Of a stretch of 64,000 nt of DNA, positions 61,800 through 64,000 are shown piece after piece. The translations under genes were made by a program, and so were the position numbers. The DNA is from Paragordius varius. Its lineage: Eukaryota; Animalia; Nematomorpha. The notes beneath the pieces were generated by a model. The model was not told the DNA's origin. It did no database searches and worked only from the letters and a program-made list of their open reading frames with translations. The stretch spans positions 8,990,001-9,054,000 of the forward strand of contig OZ176055.1 of the NCBI GenBank assembly GCA_964247055.1, in the 5' to 3' direction. Within the stretch, counting starts at the first letter, position 1. The number at the start of each line of letters is the position of its first letter.

Positions 61800-62045
61800 T
61801 TAAAAAGGATTTGATTTTTGGAAAAGTTGAAGGGAAAAGAAAGGAGTACCGATGTTCAGATGGCTGGATACTGTTAAGAAGGAATCTGGTAGATGTATAA
61901 AGGAATTGAAAAAAAATAGCATGGGAAAGAGACAAGTGAAGAGAACTTGTCATTTTAATTTAAAATGGGTCAAACTCAACCTAAGAAACATTTTAATTTA
62001 AAATGGGTCAAACTCGACCTAAGAAATTACCTACCTACCTACCTT
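61800..62045 (+). mobile_element. RTE 3'-end fragment followed by a ~38-bp tandem duplication and ACCT repeats
   Basis: GKVEGKRK..PMFRWLD-like remnant; TTTTAATTTAAAATGGGTCAAACTC(A/G)ACCTAAGAAA occurs twice. Confidence 0.55.
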
Positions 62046-62619
62046 ATCCATAAAATATGAAATATCAAACTTTTTTTATATTTCGACGCATAATTGTTAT
62101 ATGCAAACCTTTGCAATGGTTTCAATTTGTTTCATATTATTCTAAATATTTAATTTTAAACACTCGTGGGCTCCGCAAATTATATTTTCTACTAATTTTC
62201 ACAAAATAGCTTTAATTCTATTTATTTTAACTTTGTTTGCCCAAAATTTTAACATCAAACTTTTATATTATAACTCTGACGTGATAAAATTGAGCATCAT
62301 CAAATTATAGAGAAACCTTGTTTTTATAATATCTTAAGGCGTTATACCATTTCCACCATGCCTCAAAATAGAATGAAGTGCGATTCAACAAAATTTTACT
62401 GAAAATTAAATTTTCGTATATATCGTTTAAAATTATTTTCAGTTTAAATCAAAATTTCGCTTATAATTAAATTTTCTCGCACAATCTCGGCATTTTTGCG
62501 TCTATTTAAAAAAATCTAATATCATAAAAATATTGATTTTTCTTTTTATAGGTAGTTTATGATAGATTTTAGTGATATTTAAAGAAGCTTAGAGCTTCCC
62601 CAAAAAATAAATATCCCAG

Positions 62620-62627
62620 CTCTTCCT
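62620..62627 (+). promoter_or_regulatory. Possible TCT/5'TOP-like start motif upstream of RPS19
   Basis: CTCTTCCT ~290 bp upstream of the ATG; polypyrimidine initiators are typical of ribosomal protein genes. Short motif, weak evidence. Confidence 0.25.
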
Positions 62628-62907
62628 ACCCGTAAACTGGTCTGGACTCTATTTTATAAATATGCATTTATCGAATAAAAAATATATATCTTAAAAACAT
62701 TTATTTATCGATTCGTATGTTTTCGCATCAAAGAGAATACAACATTTTTTTAAAATAATAATATGTTATATATATATATATATATATGCATATAAAAATA
62801 AAATACCATTATATTGTATATTTGAAATTTTAAAAATATGTTGATTTATTTTTATAAAATTATAATTAACACATGGATTTTACAATCTAAACGCTTAAAT
62901 CTTATCC

Positions 62908-63765
62908 ATGCCTGCTGTATCTGTAAAAGACGTAGACCAACAGGAATTCGTTGATGAATTAGCTTCTTTTATCAAAAAGTATGCATTTTAGATCTCTTAC
63001 ATGTATTTTTACATGTTTGGTTTGCAAATTTGCTATAAAATTATGGTTTTAAATTAATGCTTATAAAACCTTTCCATTAATTTAGGAGTGGGAAAATAAA
63101 GCCGCCAGAATTTGCTGAATATGTCAAATTAGGTACTATGAAAGAACTGGCTCCTTATAATGAAGATTGGTATTATGTACGTGCAGGTATAAAAATTTAT
63201 ATTGTAGCATCGATGGCAAGACATTTATATATTCGAACTCCTGCTGGTGTTGGTTCTTTTACCAAAATTTATGGAGGTATATTATGTGTTTGTTAAAATT
63301 ATTTTATAGCCCGTAAAAACAATGGAGTAATGCCAAGTCATTGGGTGCGTGGCTCCTCTTCTATAGCCAGAAAAGTTTTACAATCGCTTGAACAAATGAA
63401 CCTTATTGAAAAAGATAAAGTTAAAGGGTAATACATTTTGCCTATACACTAAAATTAATTATTAAGAATTAAAAGTTATATAATAGACAGATACATTTTA
63501 GTAAACCTTGATTTTTAAATAATTTTATTATTACAGTCATAGAATATGCTTCATTTCTATGCAATATTTTGTAACTAAAAATAGATTATATTTTCAAAAA
63601 ATCAATAAATGTATAATCTTATAAGTTTTACATTTTGTCTCTATAATTTTAACTTTTACTGTATTTAGTGGTCGTAAACTCACAAGTCAAGGGCGAAGAG
63701 ATTTGGACCGAATAGCTAATCAAATTCATAAGAGGAAACATGCAATTGATGTTGAAGATGAATAA
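62908..63765 (+). CDS. RPS19: 40S ribosomal protein S19 (eS19), 151 aa
   Basis: Exons 62908-62978, 63086-63186, 63208-63276, 63310-63427, 63669-63765 give [151 protein letters not shown]. Confidence 0.97.
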
Positions 63766-64000
63766 ATAAATATATCAAATACATCTTTTAAAAATATCTA
63801 TCACGCACAAAAGGGTTAAATGTGTTATTATTCGTTTATAAAATATAATGTGATTAATTATTACATTTTACGTTTGGTGTCTCTTTAATTTTGTTTTCTG
63901 AAAGCTTTTTAGGCAATTTTATATAATTGTATACGTAAACACCGCAACTTATTATAAAATTTAATTATATTTTGCAATATCCTCTTGTTTTACAAGATAC

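Overview
This is AT-rich eukaryotic (metazoan) genomic DNA; I found no rRNA, tRNA or CRISPR features. I hand-spliced five recognisable genes: the 3' part of FBXW5 (+, 341-6036), ATR kinase (+, 14762-26075, 11 exons, ~2354 aa, 5.3-kb first exon), a betaPS/beta1-type integrin beta (-, 53398-32112, ~924 aa), exosome subunit MTR3/EXOSC6 (+, from 53447) and RPS19 (+, 62908-63765). There is also a probable orphan type II membrane protein gene (-, 30315-29745). Introns and intergenic DNA are dense with MITEs, hAT and piggyBac-like remnants and decayed RTE LINEs. The unusual biology is in splicing. (1) Eight GT-AG micro-introns of 21-37 nt coexist with kb-scale introns, including a 21-nt intron at a position conserved with human RPS19. 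(2) The integrin has two 167-nt, frame-incompatible transmembrane/juxtamembrane exons feeding one NPxF/NPxF tail exon, flanked by a cluster of Rbfox UGCAUG motifs. (3) Four integrin introns are inflated by tandem arrays whose units copy the neighbouring splice site plus exon edge. (4) The integrin and MTR3 start codons are divergent and only 48 bp apart. All gene models come from manual translation, and protein identities come from remembered family motifs; neither has been checked against transcripts or database searches.
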